From Trichoplax sp. H2 (Eukaryota): DNA of 64,000 bases. The position numbers were made by a program, and so were the translations under genes. Shown here piece by piece: positions 12,601 to 25,500 of this stretch (the stretch's first letter is position 1; the number at the start of each line of letters is the position of its first letter). The notes under the pieces are model-generated. The model had not been told where the DNA came from. It ran no database searches and saw only the letters and a program-made list of their open reading frames with translations. The DNA is taken from assembly GCA_003344405.1 (NCBI GenBank), contig NOWV01000102.1, forward strand, positions 124,001 through 188,000, written 5' to 3'.

Positions 12601-15600
12601 AAATATTTGATTCCAATTTTAGAGTATCCTAATCTGTATACTTTGCAATTTATAAGGTGGTAATTGTTTAACATCCATGGTTGCTACCATATCAAGTGAT
12701 ATGCATAATTTAATGGAAACTATGTCGACTTTTCGATTTTCACAACGTGTTGCTTGCATCGAAAATTATGCGAGGTAAAGACATTAGCTCTGATTTATCT
12801 CATTCATTGAGGAATAATGTAGACTACTGCTGTATAATTGGGCTTGTATTGAATATTATTTTAATCGAACGGTTGTTAATTGTAATGAATTAATACTGGT
12901 AGCTAAGGTACTTATAAATGGTGGGTAATAATTTATAGAATATTCACTGAAGTAGTATTTACTCACTTCATTTTAATGAATTGCACCCTGATATTATACG
13001 ACGAGGTAAAGAATTTCAGCTCTGTTTCCTTCCATTCCTTGACGAGTAATATAGTCTATTACCATAAAATGGGGCTACATATTGAACATTGCACGAATCG
13101 AACGGTTGTTGACTGTAATAAATTAGTTTCGATAGAAAGCGTTCTTCCAATCGATGCATAATAATTTACTCCGAATTCATAAAAGTAGTATTTATTTACT
13201 CCATCTTATTGAAGTTATAATTACTTTTGCTGTATACTAAATGTCGCCAGTACTACATCCTAGATTTAATAGGTAAAGAATAGCATTCGTCCTGCGGATA
13301 AGCGAAAGAGCTAGAAAGATAGAGTTTTATTCGCTTCGAACCGATACATAATTTACTTGACGGTCGTTAAAGTAGTATATACTTCATTTTATTAGAGTTA
13401 TAATTTCTTTTATTGTATGGTGGATGTTAGTAGTATTGTATCCTAGCTTTGACACGTAAACGATGGCGTTAGCCCTATAGATATGTATAAGAGCTAGAAA
13501 GATAGTTTTATTAGCATAAATTAAACACGAATTTCTTATATACCGCTATGTTGTTAAGATTTCATGTTTTGTAAAGTGATTAGTTATTACAAATGCATTT
13601 ACGAGAAAATTTTAGTAATTTTAAGGGATGTTATTATAATTTTAGATAAAAATTGTTCATGAAAAGGCATTTCTTACTTGTTAATAATATAGACGAAATA
13701 AAGAATTAAACGATAAAACTATTATAAAGAAACTAAAGGAGAGAATAGTTCAACTTGAAGCTCACTTAATTTCTGGTGAAAGTGAGGTAATGTAATTTAT
13801 GTTTTTCGTTTTACAATAATTGATCCATAGTATTAAACAGAAAATTAACATAACTAACTTTTATTTATAGCCATTGACGAGGTATTTTATGTATTAATTC
13901 TTATTATTAAATGATGATATTACCTAGAATGAACAAAAATTAGGAAATTCTAGTCGTAAGCTTGATCTAGTGGATAAAAGAGATTGTGCAGAAATCGTTC
14001 ACGCTTTTATAGCCGGAAAAGTAAACGATCCAATTAAAGCAGGTAGAACCCTTTAATAACGCAAGTTTTAACACAGTATCTTGTAAAGTAGGATTTAATG
14101 CCTGGTTTGTATCTTAATTAAATTTAAATTTTGGTATCTTCTAGGTGTAAATAGTATCGAAATGTTTAGAGAATGCTTCGTGATTTTTCGGGCTATTATT
14201 ACTCAGAACAACATCAACCCTGAAGGATTCGAAAGGACAGGACAATCGAATGGTAATTTTCATTTAGTTATTGCAAGATTTCGCGAAAGAAAGAGTTTTA
14301 ATATAATTAATATTGTACGATGAACGAAATTCATTCTATTTCTCAGTTTTCTACTTGTATATAATCACTAGATTCCATTTGGTCACGGGAGAATGATCGC
14401 AAAAGGAATAAATCGACTCCATCGAGTAAATTTGTTACTATGAACGATAACCGACAATCTTATGATATAGACAATGATGATCAACAGCTTCGTTATCATT
14501 ATTTAGCCCATCAGAGCAATACTAGTAGTCCAAGTAAATTAGCAAATAGTCCGGTTAAACAAATCTATAATAGCAAATATCAGGGGTTTAACCGATCCGA
14601 TAATTTATTGAAATCACCATCCAAAAAGCATAAAAGAAGTAAAACTTCAACCAATTCCATGTCGTCATCGACCAAGTCTACTCCTGCAGTAAATAAAAGT
14701 GCTACCTTTATAACCAAAGAAGAGAGTAACGTAAAACATCGAAAAAGCAAATCGACTTCTAATATCGCAATATCATCATTAACAAACGAGTCTAAAGATA
14801 GGAAACTACCTGCTTCTCAAGGTCGTCAAGGAATGTTAAATCAGTCAAGGTACTTTTTGATAAAGTAGTGGATGGATTTCTACGGCTATAGAACATTAGT
14901 AATACACGCGTGTAATAGTTAGCACTGCATCATAGAAGATATTCATTGTAGATTTCATTTTCTATCATAATTTAGCTCTCAATATGATCCCCCAAATTCC
15001 ATGAATAACGTAGAAAATGAAGGTTTATTACAACAGAAACGGTTATTTCGAGATGATGAAATTGGTCCAGTAATTCAAGAATTAACATTCATACAACAGG
15101 AATTGAGGTTGGTTGCTCTAACAATATTTTCTGCCGCTTGTAATAGAAAATAAATTTCATTATTCTAAAGTAGAGTATATCCTAAACTTCTTCTATCGTA
15201 TTGATCGTCGTGTTTGAATGGTCATGATAGACGAAATGCCTTAACACTTGAAGACCAGCTAGCAGAACAACATGCTGAAATATTAAGATTAAAGCGTCGT
15301 AATGTCAACAACGAAATTATTGCTCGAGAGAAATTAGTGGAGAAGCAAATAAAAAATAAACTGGTAAATAAAGGATCTATTATTTGAGCCATCAAAGCAA
15401 ACGCAGAGTTGAAGTTATTTGTAGTCTCTATGCCATTTTATTAATATTATTCGATGATAGGGTAGTGAAGCACGATTTAAATATATCTTGGATTTTATAA
15501 ATGATTTTACTAGGATCGCACCGAAGTTCGACTTTCTCAGGTATCGCAGCAGCTAAAGCAACTTCTTGTAAATAAAAGTTCTCATGATGATCCTGATTAT

Positions 15601-17023
15601 CGAACTCCAACCTCACATGGAACGATAATTTCACCAGAGTCTAGTATGAAACAGTATGGAATCTCTGTAAGACTACAGAATCCAAATAAAGCTAAGGATC
15701 AATTAGCAGCACAAGCAAACAAAACACCAACATCAACGGAAGAAAGTTCAAGATATTCCCATGAAATGGTAAATAATTTCTTCTTAAATCAATTTAAGCT
15801 AGGATAGACCATGCTTCATTTTTTGCGTATTAAACATAATTTTATTCTCTTTCTAACGGATAGAAATTAAATTCAACGGAGACATTGAATGGAGATGAAA
15901 ATCAACAAAAGTTAATAGCTAAGGAGGAATCAACCAGGCAAAAATTGTTAGCTTTTAAAGCTCAGTTACGTGATAATCGAAAAAATTCAACTAGCCGAAG
16001 TACATCAGCGCCTCGCGAATTTACTAAACAGTATGATATGAATACGAGTAGTGGCGTTCAATCGGCTCCAGGAAGTAGTTGGAATACGGATGTTGAAAAT
16101 AAGGCTGCATCGGATTCATTTTCCAAAGTTTTTACTATGCCAACCTATGGCCCAGCAGCTTTCGCTATGGATCCTACTAATAGTATCAAAACTCAGTCTT
16201 CTAATGCAAGTACATCCATTATGACCAACACTAGCAATGCCACAAGTAGCCCAGATTATGTCACGCCGACAAAGCCGATGGAATCCATGAAGGTACATAG
16301 ATACACCAATGATATTCATCGTTATTATGACTATCTAGGACTAAAATATTGCATACCATATAGAGAAAAAAGAATTTAGGTTTTCTTTGATCTTATGGTG
16401 TACCATAAGAGAGAAATAGATGAAGCAGCAAGATATAAATGTTAATGTTATTTTTCAATATTAAATCTTAGCAACAACCGACGAAACCAACCTATGGAAA
16501 ACGTGGTTATAATCCTAAAAGTGTATTTAGTATCTCCAATACCCTATCGGAATATCCTTCCACTCCAGAAAATGAAACGATAACATCACCTAATGTGGGC
16601 CTTCATCATCATAAAGCAGTTAATGAAAATCATTCCTTGGCAGAGTCTAGCTACCAGACTACTTCATCCAGCCAGATAGTCATGGACAGAAGGCAAAAAA
16701 TTGACACATCAACTGGCAAGCAAGAACAAACATCTCCAGTAGGCATTAATATTAGTCCAAAAATGTTTAAGAAATCAACGCCTTCGCATGCTAATATACC
16801 TAAAAAGTCAATAATAGGCCCTGAAAAATTTACTGTACAAAGTATTAGTAATGATGTCATTGCTGATACAGAACGAGAAAATTCTTATTCGTCTGCAGTA
16901 CGAAAGCAAAAAGACCGAATTGCCAAGATTCGAGCTGCCATGAAGGCTGCAACGGTTATACAACGAGCTTGGAGGAGTTACAAACTTCGTCGTGGTAGAA
17001 AATTGCCTACTAAGCGAATATAA
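9602..17023 (+). CDS. KIF6: Kinesin-9 family, KIF6-like motor with coiled-coil/low-complexity tail and C-terminal IQ motif. Exons ~9602-10102, 11341-11555, 12139-12336, 12455-12567, 12657-12774, 13693-13786, 13928-14042, 14145-14252, 14372-14849, 14976-15107, 15231-15363, 15514-15768, 15864-16292, 16472-17023
   Basis: P-loop GQTGSGKT, switch [15 protein letters not shown], switch [18 protein letters not shown], then [15 protein letters not shown] and [23 protein letters not shown] and AETPMN are KIF6-like. All 14 exons join in frame with GT-AG introns. Confidence 0.85.
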
Positions 17024-18919
17024 TCATCGGCTCTCTCTCTCTCTAGCAAAGTTGAAATGGCACTCTCTTGCTTTCCAATAGCGCTAGATGCTTTCCCAGT
17101 TTGGACTACGTCCAGTCCGATGTTCATAGTGCCCTTTCTAATTCAGAATAACAAAGTAAATATTATGTCTGCAACGCAAATGTAAAGATAGGCAGGAATA
17201 CAGCAGAAGAAAAAAATCGAGCTATAATGAAGATTATGTCTGTTAAAGGAGAGATTGACCAAGTTGCTAATTTTATCGTGCTAAAAAACTTGTCTATATT
17301 GTAACGCCATCATCATCTATTTCTCTAGAACTAGCTAATGTAAATTGATAGTTAAATGCTTTCATTTTGGTTGAGACCATATGATTTTTAGAACATAATT
17401 CAGGCCCGTAGTGTTGAATTTTATGCCTATAATACAAATGTAAGATAGAAGGAAATAGAAGAAAAACAAATCGAGCTATAATGAAGATGATATCTGTTAA
17501 ACGAGATTGACCAAGTTACCAATTTTATCCTTGTTCGACTACTTGTCTATATATCGTTGCAACGGAATCAAATCTCTTTCTACAACTAGCGAATATAAAT
17601 TTGCGCGTAAATCCATCGATTTTGTCTTATACGATATGACTTTTAGTGCTTAATGTAGGTGCATAGTTGTTGGAAATGTTATACTCAATATGACTATGGT
17701 AGCCAATGTAAATTTACGCGTAAATTCGTCAATTTGAAGGCACACAACATCATTTTTAGAGCGTAATATTGGTAGGTAGTTTTACAAAAGTTGAATAGAA
17801 CTAGCTAATGCAAATTTAGGCGTCAATTTGTAGATTTCAATTCACACAGTCTGATTTTGGATACGTAAAATGCCGTCAAAATTTTATGTTCAATAGGTGG
17901 AATACCTTTATTATTTTCATTTGTGTGTGTGTATATGAATATGTTGATCAGCGGCAACCAGTTTTTTTCTAGTGGTTTGATAATTACAATTGCCGTGTAA
18001 ATTGACTTAATATCATCTACTACGATATTGTTGGAAGTGATGGCCAATGTTACTACCTCTGGAAATAATTTTTTATTTGGTTTTTCGAACGGTCTGAGAA
18101 TAAAAGATTTATTTGAAACTTGTATTCAAAGTTGACCTTCTTTAATTTGGCTTATGAAGAACTCTAGAATACTTGTTAGCCTATAGTGAATGTCCATTTT
18201 GCATGATTTTACACTTTAACGTTGAAAATGATGCGGTTTTATTTCCATATCCATCCAGTTTGCAGAAAATGAATATTCTCTTTCGAGAACTTACACTTAA
18301 TCCTTTTCTGCCAATATCTGATCGTTTGCTAAGCCATAGGGAGATTTATAGTTTAGTATTTATAACTAGATGAGTCAGCGAATTATTAACAGAAAAGGTG
18401 GAAATATTTGAATACCGTAGCCATTCCTGATCCAACTATTTTTGGAATGAAAAGTTGGAAGCTCGACGGAGAAAGTACTGCAATTCACGTAGCCTACGAA
18501 TTTCAACGGGGCCGTCATGATAAGTTCTGTCCAGATAGTATTGAAAAGATTGATCGTTATACAGTTTTCTCTTTGGAAGGTTTAAGCTACTGCGGTGTGG
18601 GGAAGAAACGCATCTTCCTCTATGATTTTAATTTTCAAATGACATGCGTCTACCCTTAAAATATTCAGCTTTTTGAAAATTATGGTACTGTCTGTAGCCA
18701 ATTTCAGTAGCAATCACGATCAATTTAAGGGTAATAAGATACTATTACTAAATAACGTTTGACTACCAAATTCTCTCATGAATTACACATAAGGATATCA
18801 AACTGTCTTATTAGTCTTGATAGAGACAGTTGAATCAATCTGCAATGCATTCTCTTGGAAGGTTACTTAAATATCTAATATCTCTGCACAAAGTGATATG
18901 GATGCTTGTTGCTAACAGT

Positions 18920-19890
18920 ACCAATTGATGCAATCATACGAAGTTTTAGCAAGAAATCCATGAGCAAATCTGCATCGAATAGTGTCTCTAGTAGAAGCAT
19001 ACGTTTATGTAATTAAGCGAAACTTGAACGAGAAAAACAAGGGCAAATCTGTTTATTCTTTTGCATCTGTTACAAGTATTGGCTTAGGCGTATGCAATAA
19101 AATATAGTTTGAAAAAGAAAATCTATAGCAGATCTACCTATGCATTTCTTGTTCAAACCTCATTTTATTGCATACGCGTAAATCAATACTTATAGCGAAA
19201 ACAAAACAAACGATATGTAGATTTGCCCTTTCATTTCTTGTTCAAGTTTCACTTTTTATTGCATAAGTGTAAATCAGTACTTTCAACAGAAACAAAATGA
19301 CTGGTAGATTTGCCTTGTATTTCTTAAGTTTCACTTTTTATTGCATATGCGTAAATCAATACTTTTGAACAGAAACAAAATGGCATCCAAATTTGCCCTT
19401 GCATTTCTTGTCTCAGCTTGACTTTATCGCATAAATCAGTGCTTCTACAAGCTCGAAACAAACCAAAATTAGATGTAGATACACCTGTTGATAGTTTGGC
19501 TCTGGTATTTGTTACTCAAACTTGACTTTATTGCATCAATCAGTGCTTCTACTAGAAATAAGATTGGATGCAGATTTGCCTATGGATATCTTGCTCAAAC
19601 TTCATTTGGCTACGTCAATCAATCAATACTTACTTCTACGGGGAACAAAACGGCCTGCAGATCTGCGTGTAACCTTGCATCTGGTATGAGTACTGATTGC
19701 TGCAATTAAGAAAAGTTTGAGCAAGAAATGCATGGGCAAATTTGCATGTCATCTTGTTTCTGGTAGAAGTGATGATACCGATTACGACAAGCAAGTTGGA
19801 ACAAGAAATGTATAGGCAAATCTGCATCGAGTCTTGTTTCTGCTAGAAGTACTGATTGATGCATAAGTGAAGTTTGAAAGGGAAATCTAA
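18920..19890. repeat. Degenerate ~80-bp repeat field related to the downstream array, with an internal inverted block (~19133-19661)
   Basis: The motif AGCAAGAAATGC...GGCAAATCTGCA...GAAGTACTGATTG recurs in + orientation at 18950-19130 and 19665-19890, and as its reverse complement (AGATTTGCC...CATTTCTTG.TCAA) at 19135-19660. Confidence 0.8.
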
Positions 19891-20229
19891 ATGTCATTCA
19901 CGTCTCATTTTATGGATGGTAGTGAAGGTGGGATCAACAGTAACGTCCGACTCCTACAGTTTATCTAATCTTTAAGTCAAGATTGCAACAGAGCAGTAGG
20001 CAATGTGTCTTTGCGATCCAACTCTTACTATTACTGATGTCTGCTCTAGAACTACAGTAGGTAGAAAAGTGACCACTCAATATGCTTTGGACAAGGCATT
20101 TTCATCGACTTTCCATGATTATGATTGAATGGCGACGAGTCGATCCTCTCATATTATCGACAGTAAGAGAATACTATCAAAGTCTATCAAAATTGCAGCA
20201 GTGGGATATGACTGTTGAGCAGTAAAGTT

Positions 20230-21740
20230 AGAACAAGAAATGCTGTGGCAAATCCGCGGGGAATTTATAACTGTTGAAAGTATGGATTTTACACGTAGGT
20301 AATCAAGTCAACAAGAAATGCTGTGGCCAATCTGCAGGGAATTTAATACCGTTGAAAGAATGGATTTTATACGTAGGTAATCAAAGCAACAAGAAGTGCA
20401 AGATCACATCTGTAGGGAATTTATTAGTGTTGAAAGTATGGATTTTACACTTAGGCAATCAAGGCAGCAAGAAATGCTCAGGCAAATCTGCAGGGAATTT
20501 GTTACTGTTGAAAGCATGGATTTTACTTGTAGGTAATCAGAGCAAGAAGAATTGCTCTGGCAAACCTGCAGGGGCTTTGTTACTGAATCAAAGCACCAAG
20601 AAATGCTCTAGCAAATCTGCAGGGAATTTGTTACTGTTGAAAGTAGGGATTTTACACGTAGGTAATCAGAGCAACAAGAAATGCTCTGGCAAATCTGCAG
20701 GGACTTTGTTACTGAATTAAAGCACCAAGAAATGCTCTAGCAAATCTGCAGGGAATTTGTTACTGTTGAAAGTAGGGATTTTACACGTAGGTAATCAGGG
20801 CAACAAGAAATGCTCTGGTATATCTGCAGGGAATTTGTTACTGTTGAAAGCATGGATTTTACACGTAGGTAATCAGAGCAAGAAGAAATGCTCTGGCAAA
20901 TTTGCAGGGACTTTGTTACTGAATTAAAGCACCAAGAAATGCTCTAGCCAATCTGCAGGGAATTTGTTACTGTTGAAAGTAGGGATTTTACATGTAGGTA
21001 ATCAGAGCAACAAGAAATGCTGTGGCCAATCTGTAGGGAATTTGTTACTGTTGAAAGTATGGATTTTACATGTAGGTAATCAGAGCAACAAGAAATGCTC
21101 TGGCAAATCTGTAGGGAATTTGTTACTGTTGAAAGCATAGATTTCACACGTAGGTAATCAGAGCAACAAGAAATGCTGTGGCCAATCTGCAGGGAATTTG
21201 TTACTGTTGAAAGTATGGATTTTACACGTCGGTAATCAAAGCAACAAGAAGTGCAAGATCACATCTGTAGGGAATTTGTTACTGTTGAAAGTATGGATTT
21301 TACATGTCGGTAATCAGAGCAAGAAGAAGTGCAAGATCACATCTGTAGGGAATTTGTTACTGTTGAAAGTATGGATTTTACATGTAGGTAATCAGAGCAA
21401 GAAGAAGTGCAATGGCCAATCTGCAGGGAATTTGTTACTGTTGAAAGTATAAATTTTACATGTAGGTAATCAGAGCAAGAAGAAGTGCAATGGCCAATCT
21501 GCAGGGAATTTGTTACTGTTGAAAGTATAAATTTTACATGTAGGTAATCAGAGCAAGAAGAAGTGCAATGGCCAATCTGCAGGGAATTTGTTACTGTTGA
21601 AAGTATAAATTTTACATGTAGGTAATCAGAGCAAGAAGAAGTGCAATGGCCAATCTGCAGGGAATTTGTTACTGTTGAAAGTATAAATTTTACATGTAGG
21701 TAATCAAAGCAACAAGAAGTGCAATGGCCGATCTGCATGC
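20230..21740 (+). repeat. Tandem minisatellite, 78-bp unit with interspersed 51-bp deleted units (~20 units)
   Basis: Unit CAAGAAATGC...CAATCTGCAGGGAATTTGTTACTGTTGAAAGTATGGATTTTACACGTAGGTAATCAGAGCAA. GCAATGGCC recurs at 21409, 21487, 21565, 21643 and 21721 (78-bp period). Short units are marked by AAGCACCAAG at 20591, 20720 and 20927. Confidence 0.97.
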
Positions 21741-22514
21741 CCTGTTGTGTCTAGTACAAGAACTGATGGGCATAATCGACGATGGCAGCTTGAGCAAGAA
21801 ACGCATAAGCAAATGGGCATGCTTGCAATTGGTGCCGTAGGATTGGTTGGTGTCAAGTAGCAAGCGTCAGCTTCACGCTTGTGACTGGCACTGATGGTGT
21901 GAAAAGTGTGTCATGTTTGCAGTGAAGCGTTGCGTGTGTCAGCCTCTTCAGCTCAGTGCAGCACCGTTACGAGTGGCTACTGTAGTGTTCATGTTGCACT
22001 GCACTACTCTACTGATTGTATAGTGTTCAGTGTAGTCGAGTGGAATGGAGAGGCAAGCCCTAAAATACCTACCTCGTATAGTCCCATTGGCGTTGTCTTT
22101 CCTGCCTACTGTCTGTCCGTATAGTTGTACCACGTCCAGTAGAGGTAGGTGACCCAAAGTGTGGATGACCAACAACGCTGGTGAGGCGTGGATGGTGATA
22201 TCGCAGGTGACAGTCCTTTGACGACGGATGGATGGCTAATTGGACGGCACTCATCCATAGCCATCATGGGACGGGATGAGATTGGATAGCAGCTCAGTGA
22301 AAGGCAGCCATGAGAGTAATGGAGACCGCTGCTGGCCACTGGAAATTCCCCCAATTGGCTTGCTAATGATCATCGTATTAACATTTTCTACCTCTTGATT
22401 CCGTCCAAATTACTTGACTAATCAAAGCCTACTCTTGTCTGGCCATTCATACCCTTTAGCCATCCGTAGACAACATTGTAAAGTATTGCAAGAGAGAGAG
22501 AGAGAAAAAAAAAA

Positions 22515-25500
22515 ATGCCTTCTTCCAGTGTCGATAGAAAAAGAAAGAGACGCGGTTATTCTAGTCGCTCTCCGGATCACTATCATCACCAAGTCCGAGA
22601 TGATCATGCTAGGAAAAGGAAGATAGCAAGGCATGATCTTGATCGTAGTCAATCTCCAACTTATCGTAGGCGCCAACGCCAACGTTGTCTTGATCGACAT
22701 CATTGGCGTTATGATGGAGAGCGCAATCGAAGTAATCCTACAGGATCCACATATGAACGTCGCCGCGGCCAGGATCACTCACGACACCGACATTCAAGGC
22801 CCTCTAAACATCGCTCTTACCATAGTCGACTTTCTTCAACTGCAAGCCATCACGTAAGTGTTATTGCTTATGTTTTCCTTCGTCTTGTTGACCAATCCTA
22901 TTGCAGTCCTTGATGGCATAATGTGAGATGAAATGGACCTTCCATTTTTCGACACTCTCTTAATTCTATGCTTGCGATCATCAAGAGTGTTGACAGTGAA
23001 AAAAAAAATAGATTTGCCAGGCCGATACTGTAGTCGAGTTTTCCATCACTGTCATAGGATGACAATCGGTAGCTACTCAAAGGCCATGGATAAATGACGA
23101 CAACGAGCTCATTTTCTTAGTCTAATCCATTAAACTAATTTATAATATTGTATCGGAATTCTATACGCTTGGATGAAAGTGGATATGGTAATCATCCATA
23201 CTTGGAGCAAGCTGCAAGTGAATTTCTGAAGCTAGAGGCAAAATGGGTCGTCTGCAATACGTAGAATTCGATGAATCATCATGTGTATAAAGTAGAAACT
23301 ATTGCAAAAGACAGTTTAATAGCAATAGAAGACCCTTTTCTTTGCTTGATCCTACAGTTTAGAACGGAATAGTCCGGTAAAGGTAAAATTGACCGGCACC
23401 ACTCCATTCGAAATAGACAGTATCAATACTTTCAAAGTATTGTCTACTAGGACAGTAAAACCCCTATAATTAAAAGTATTCATGGACAATTAGAATCATT
23501 TTTTAATTATGCTACGCCTAGACAAGTTGCTACAAAATAGAATACTGTAGTATCCATTGAAAAAATGGTGGATTTCTAGAACTTGGCAATGGAATCTTTC
23601 AATAATGTTGTAACATGACCGAGTACAATTTGAAATGGCCAACAACAAAAACTGATGGCCATCTCTTAAGGGGAACAACGGATTCAAACAGCAATCATGG
23701 CATTGAACATGTTCAAAATGAAACTACATCTATCTTAGACCATCATGGACAATGATGCACCCAACACTGTTGAAAATGGAACTATATGTGGATCCATCGT
23801 AGTCGTGTAAAGTACTAATCTTTGACATAAGTGGACCGTTAATGATAATGTAGTCAAGAGATATTTGCCATAGAAATCCGTTGGATAAGATAGGATCATC
23901 ATGATTAAAGTCCACTCTAGGCTTGCAATGGCCATGAGCCTTTCTTAAGTTGATTTCAATATCCTTTTTTCCCTTGCAAACAGCAGAGAGGCGTCATCTT
24001 GTGTCAAAATGCTTTTGCAAGTATACGTAGGTGCGCCTACTACCCTACCAATCATTACTTTTTACTTTGATACTAAGTAGTATTCAAGCAGACAGTGTAA
24101 AGAGGGACTTATTCGTTTATTGAGCATGAAAGAAGTAGCACATTAATATTTGGGCCATATTCTTAATTATCCTAGTTCATATTCTCTTACATGCCAAGAC
24201 GATGATATAAGCGGATCAAGATGAAAAACTTGCTTCTTGCAAGCCGTTACAGCTAGCTTTGGAAAGAATTTCACTTTGTATCTCTGTCAAAGTTGACGAT
24301 ATCTCTCTCTCTCTATAAATATATATTCTCAAGCACAAGTATATCTTCTACGTTTATAGCGATCCTATCGTGGCAATGACAGAATGAAATCAATTGTAGT
24401 ACAGTAATGGAATGCTTAGAAAGAATCCATCAAATCAGTATCAGCTTTATTTCCTATGAATTCTTTAAGATAAACATCTACCTTAAGAGCTTATGATGGG
24501 CTATTTCAGCTAATTAGAATGAATTAATTATGAAAAAGATTAGAAATGATTAGCATGGTATCTAGTAGATTACTTTAAGAAATTCAATAACTCAATGTAA
24601 ATCATCTTATACGATTACCACCAAGATGTACTTTTGGATCAGATCTGATCCGTAACTTTAAAGGGCTCATCGTAGGATAACAAAATGGATAATTATCATT
24701 TTTATACTATACGCGTACAGTAATGATCGCTAAAATAACTACGATATCTTGCTCTCCATTCCATGACCGTATTATTATAGTAGACTACAAAGTCAACTAC
24801 TCCATGTTGTACTAGATCATTTTTGAAGTACTGTCTAATCGTTAATTAACTTTATTTTGATTACTTTCCCGTAGCAGTCAACAATTTGGGTACAAATATT
24901 GAAAAAGTGGACATGGGATTAAAAATGATTTCCTTGTTTGTACACTCTATCGCCCTTGCACAATTTCGTTAGTTGTCCGTCATGACACCACTTTAAAAAT
25001 AATTGCCATTTTTCAGCCAATAAGTCTATTTTAGCATCTTATAGAGCAACATGGTATCAATTTTTTATGTATGCGCATTTAGGATTGCGTTTACTAGATT
25101 ATTTCAATCTAGACGGATAAGTCAACTCTCTCAATTTATTAGCACAATTCTTTCCCCAGGTATGATGGACATCCTGATTTTCACCATATTAAAATCAATC
25201 AATACTTGGCTTGAGTAGAGTTTGGGAAAATTTAAAGTCTTCAATAAAATAATTCCAGATTGCTATGAGTGGATACCTAGAACTATCATCTCAATTACAG
25301 CCAAACCAATGATAAAAATTTCGCATTTAGTTCTACATGCTATTGGTAACATCTTCTAGTAGGTTGAATGAGACATATATTAGGAATGACTGCAATCCAC
25401 TTCTGTAGGGCAAATTTCGAGAATAACATGTAAAAAAGTATTAGCATTCTCGTATCATTAACCGACCATCTATTTGAAGATATTTTAGATGTAGCAGTCA

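Noticed and set aside
20230..21740. CRISPR-like array, or 26-aa repeat proteins on either strand
   Set aside because: There are no unique spacers and no cas genes, and the context is eukaryotic. The ORFs arise from a 3n unit length, lack true ATG starts and are broken by stops.
21906..23080. Several overlapping ORFs around the CLK promoter and exon 1
   Set aside because: These are shadow frames of a GC-richer promoter (multiple CCAAT boxes) and the RS-rich exon.
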